DNA of 26,223 nt from Candidatus Micrarchaeota archaeon (GTDB lineage: Archaea > Micrarchaeota > Micrarchaeia > Norongarragalinales > SBBD01). Below are positions 24,801 through 26,223 of the stretch, piece after piece. How positions within the stretch are numbered: position 1 is the first letter of the stretch; each line of letters opens with the position of its first letter. The notes under the pieces were generated by a model, which worked only from the letters and a program-made list of their open reading frames with translations, had not been told where the DNA came from and searched no databases. The position numbers were made by a program, and so were the translations under genes. The stretch spans positions 1 to 26,223 of the forward strand of contig JAZDGU010000044.1 of NCBI GenBank assembly GCA_043806595.1, read 5' to 3'.

Positions 24801-26223
24801 AGACTATCGCGTCCGCCTCCGTGTCAGTCTTCGAGAGGCCGCGTGACGAATCTGTGGCGTTGACGATTACGTCGTAGCTGACGCCCTGCGCGAGGTTAGG
24901 CGCCGTGAAGTTGAGCTCCCACAGACCGAGAGAGGTGAGATACGTCGCATTGTCGATTGTGACCGCGGTCGCTGTGCCGGCGGAGAGGTTGAGCTGGAAG
25001 GAGACGCCCGAGGAGACCGGGGATGTGCCGTAGGTGGCGTTGACGCGGACGGCGAGGTTCTTGCCGTTGCTGACGTTGACCACGGGCGAGAGCGAGGTCG
25101 GCGAGGTTATGTTCACATAGTAGGGCTGGATGGAGAGGTTGAGCGAAGTGTTGCGGGATGCGGGCAGGGCCGTGGCATTGTAGCTGGAGAGGTTCCCGAG
25201 GAGTGTCGTGTACGCTGAGACGTTGGGGGCGGAGTAGTTCGCGAGCACGCGGGCCTCCTGGTTGGGCTGTAGGGTGACGGATGATGCGTTGAACGTCATG
25301 ATTCCGGCGAACTCGTTGGAAAGCATGTTGAGGAGAAGCGCGTTGCCGCCGATGTTCTTGAGCACGATCTCGCCGATTGTGCCCGAGGTTCCCGCGATGA
25401 CTTCTTTGGCGAAGCTGGAGGGAGCGTGCGTCCACGTAAGGTTCGAGGGGACGGTCAAAGACAGCTCCACTAGGTCGGACGTGCCGTTGGAGGAGTTGAC
25501 GAATATTGTTCCGGCATAGATGCCGCCGACGGTGCCCGAGGCAACCGTGACCGTGATGTTCACCGAGCGGTTCTCGCCGCCGGCGAGGGTGGAGATGCCC
25601 GTGGGGGCGAACGCGACCGTGAAGTTGGAGGATGTGCAGACGGAACCCGAGGCGCACGAGAAGGTGACGCCGGTGACGTTCGAGTTGCCTGCGGACTTGA
25701 TGGTCATGACCGCATAGTCGGAAGAACCGACGGCGACGGTCAGGTAAAGCGAGTCTTGTGTGACGTTCAGCAGGGCGCTTGGGAGGACCTGCACGACGTA
25801 AAGCGTCGAGTTCTGCGAGGTCGTGTTGTCGAGGTTGGTCCAGTTGGCGGTGAGGTTGAGGGTATAGTTGCCCGGAGCGGTGCCGGCGCGGACTGATATG
25901 GCCGTGGAGTTCGAGGAGCCGGAGTTGGCGGGGACGGTGCCGTAGGAGAGGAGCGACGCGTTGGCGGAGAGGTTGGAGGAGCCGGCTTCGGGGGAGATAT
26001 TGAGGGTCGTATTAGACGCGCGCGAATAGCCCGTGTTGTTGAGGCTGAGGAGGAGTGCGGACGAGGTGTTGGCGTATTGCGTGAGGTTGGCAATCTGGAG
26101 GAAGGAGGCGTTCGAGGTTATGGAGAGGTTGGTGGCGGCGGACGCGATGACGGCGATTGCGCCGGAGCAGGCGGTTAGGCCGATGGTGTCGTTGGCGCAC
26201 ACCGTCGCATAGTGCACGCCGAC
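21865..26223 (-). CDS. 5'-truncated large surface protein fused through a TM helix to a cytoplasmic HerA/VirB4-like (DUF87-type) P-loop ATPase
   Basis: The frame is open to the window edge. Tandem Ig-like, sequon-rich domains, CGNGLCE...SCTVDC, a PT/GA linker and a TM helix (~22990-23050) precede the ATPase. ATPase motifs: VGKI, HSIAAGGTGSGKS (Walker A, 22786-22809), VVFDPTAQW, MLVYDEVHR (Walker B) and REFRKWGIGVFLISQ, which are FtsK-HerA superfamily signatures. Confidence 0.93.
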   Translation of the reverse strand, partial: VGVHYATVCANDTIGLTACSGAIAVIASAATNLSITSNASFLQIANLTQYANTSSALLLSLNNTGYSRASNTTLNISPEAGSSNLSANASLLSYGTVPANSGSSNSTAISVRAGTAPGNYTLNLTANWTNLDNTTSQNSTLYVVQVLPSALLNVTQDSLYLTVAVGSSDYAVMTIKSAGNSNVTGVTFSCASGSVCTSSNFTVAFAPTGISTLAGGENRSVNITVTVASGTVGGIYAGTIFVNSSNGTSDLVELSLTVPSNLTWTHAPSSFAKEVIAGTSGTIGEIVLKNIGGNALLLNMLSNEFAGIMTFNASSVTLQPNQEARVLANYSAPNVSAYTTLLGNLSSYNATALPASRNTSLNLSIQPYYVNITSPTSLSPVVNVSNGKNLAVRVNATYGTSPVSSGVSFQLNLSAGTATAVTIDNATYLTSLGLWELNFTAPNLAQGVSYDVIVNATDSSRGLSKTDTEADAIVYVDVQRPFIGLSLPLVVITYTTAPIAINATDTGGIANVTANLTYPNGTSIQLSPIFQYEQGDSRIYHANYSDTSITGEYNVSANTCDISGNCNSTSGSFLARTGIYFSGRALDEENVAKPPIAMTFELRNSTGYLAYTVNADAAGSYNQTIYADTYHVQVSALSSRLQFQTSPILVDVGDPVRLGYISKERIGAGSLYGFTLANILNYSVANVSLNYSGHTGFQESLLSLYICGNYTQYAGCNANWTRAGGTIDGSARLVTLQTTSLGAAYALAQYVCGNGLCESTFGETSCTVDCGGPGNATATPTPTATPTPGGGGAGTGTGAGAGAGGGIPAGSPTAGGGAGGGLGNATGSLADALRQPLEVRSTLLYVILQPGESETHSMDLVNNLEADIATTISAEGGIIPFLTISNTTLTVPGKSVTVIKITVSAPEDAEPGIFTGDVVTRLGSYTHRTPVTLKIEKIQEPTIEVKTRSLSQTVQPGQDMKAEVSFINRGTTNNVPNAQVTYEILSLEDEKQLVSSTETLNVRDVVTRIASLKIPPEAKAGKYVFQARVTYFDGKKFASGADSFDVVTVPLTALLVETVVSSWLTYALIALLLLAVVGRRAYVAYARRRRVASRYIMPLDFKKLPQPGPRSIAVGKIAETDVKAYVEMERLTTHSIAAGGTGSGKSVSAQVICEELLMRKVPIVVFDPTAQWTGYIRPNTDKGMLSLYPGFGMKPEDARGFKVTIIDVTDPEMVIDVPSFFKPGEMTVFVMNKLRPEQLDGLVRRSIDSIFRSNPKESRELKAMLVYDEVHRLLPKYGGKGAYTSIERGCREFRKWGIGVFLISQVLLDFKGAVRANIASEIQLRTRYEGDIGRVKTKYGTEYADKVTKLTIGTGLYQNAEFNDGKPWFVSFRPLLHSTFSLTEDEIKQYTAMYNQIEAARKQLAEIKARGTDTYDVELELNIAADKLKQGMVRMAQNYLESVSARIKGMTR

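Noticed and set aside
21652..24846. 1064-aa + strand ORF antisense to the ATPase fusion
   Set aside because: Shadow ORF from high-GC3 codon usage. It has no motifs, whereas the - strand frame has clear Walker A/B and TM features.

Overview
High-GC archaeal DNA. I infer a DPANN lineage, plausibly Micrarchaeota-like, from TATA-type promoters about 25-30 nt before start codons, surface proteins dense in N-X-S/T sequons, and many Arg-rich orphans. The + strand carries a class I PLP aminotransferase, an orphan, a secreted membrane-anchored helical protein, two paralogous TM/coiled-coil microproteins, and three tandem divergent paralogous orphans, the last split by a +1 frameshift. The - strand (6.2-26.2 kb) is dominated by an apparent surface-apparatus locus. 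It begins with a 5'-truncated large ectodomain-TM-HerA/VirB4-like ATPase fusion, two inserted orphans and a ribbon-helix-helix-like gene behind a palindromic operator. A tightly coupled operon follows: a 1017-aa coiled-coil scaffold, a 200-aa secreted protein, a 2860-aa repetitive surface protein whose C-terminal domain is homologous to that 200-aa protein, and a CWB2-like membrane-anchored protein. The best candidate for an undescribed system is a non-type-IV filament/adhesin apparatus with a transmembrane ATPase. The first 141 nt look like the end of an IS66-family element. I saw no rRNA, tRNA or CRISPR array. All family calls are by-eye motif recognition; no searches were run.
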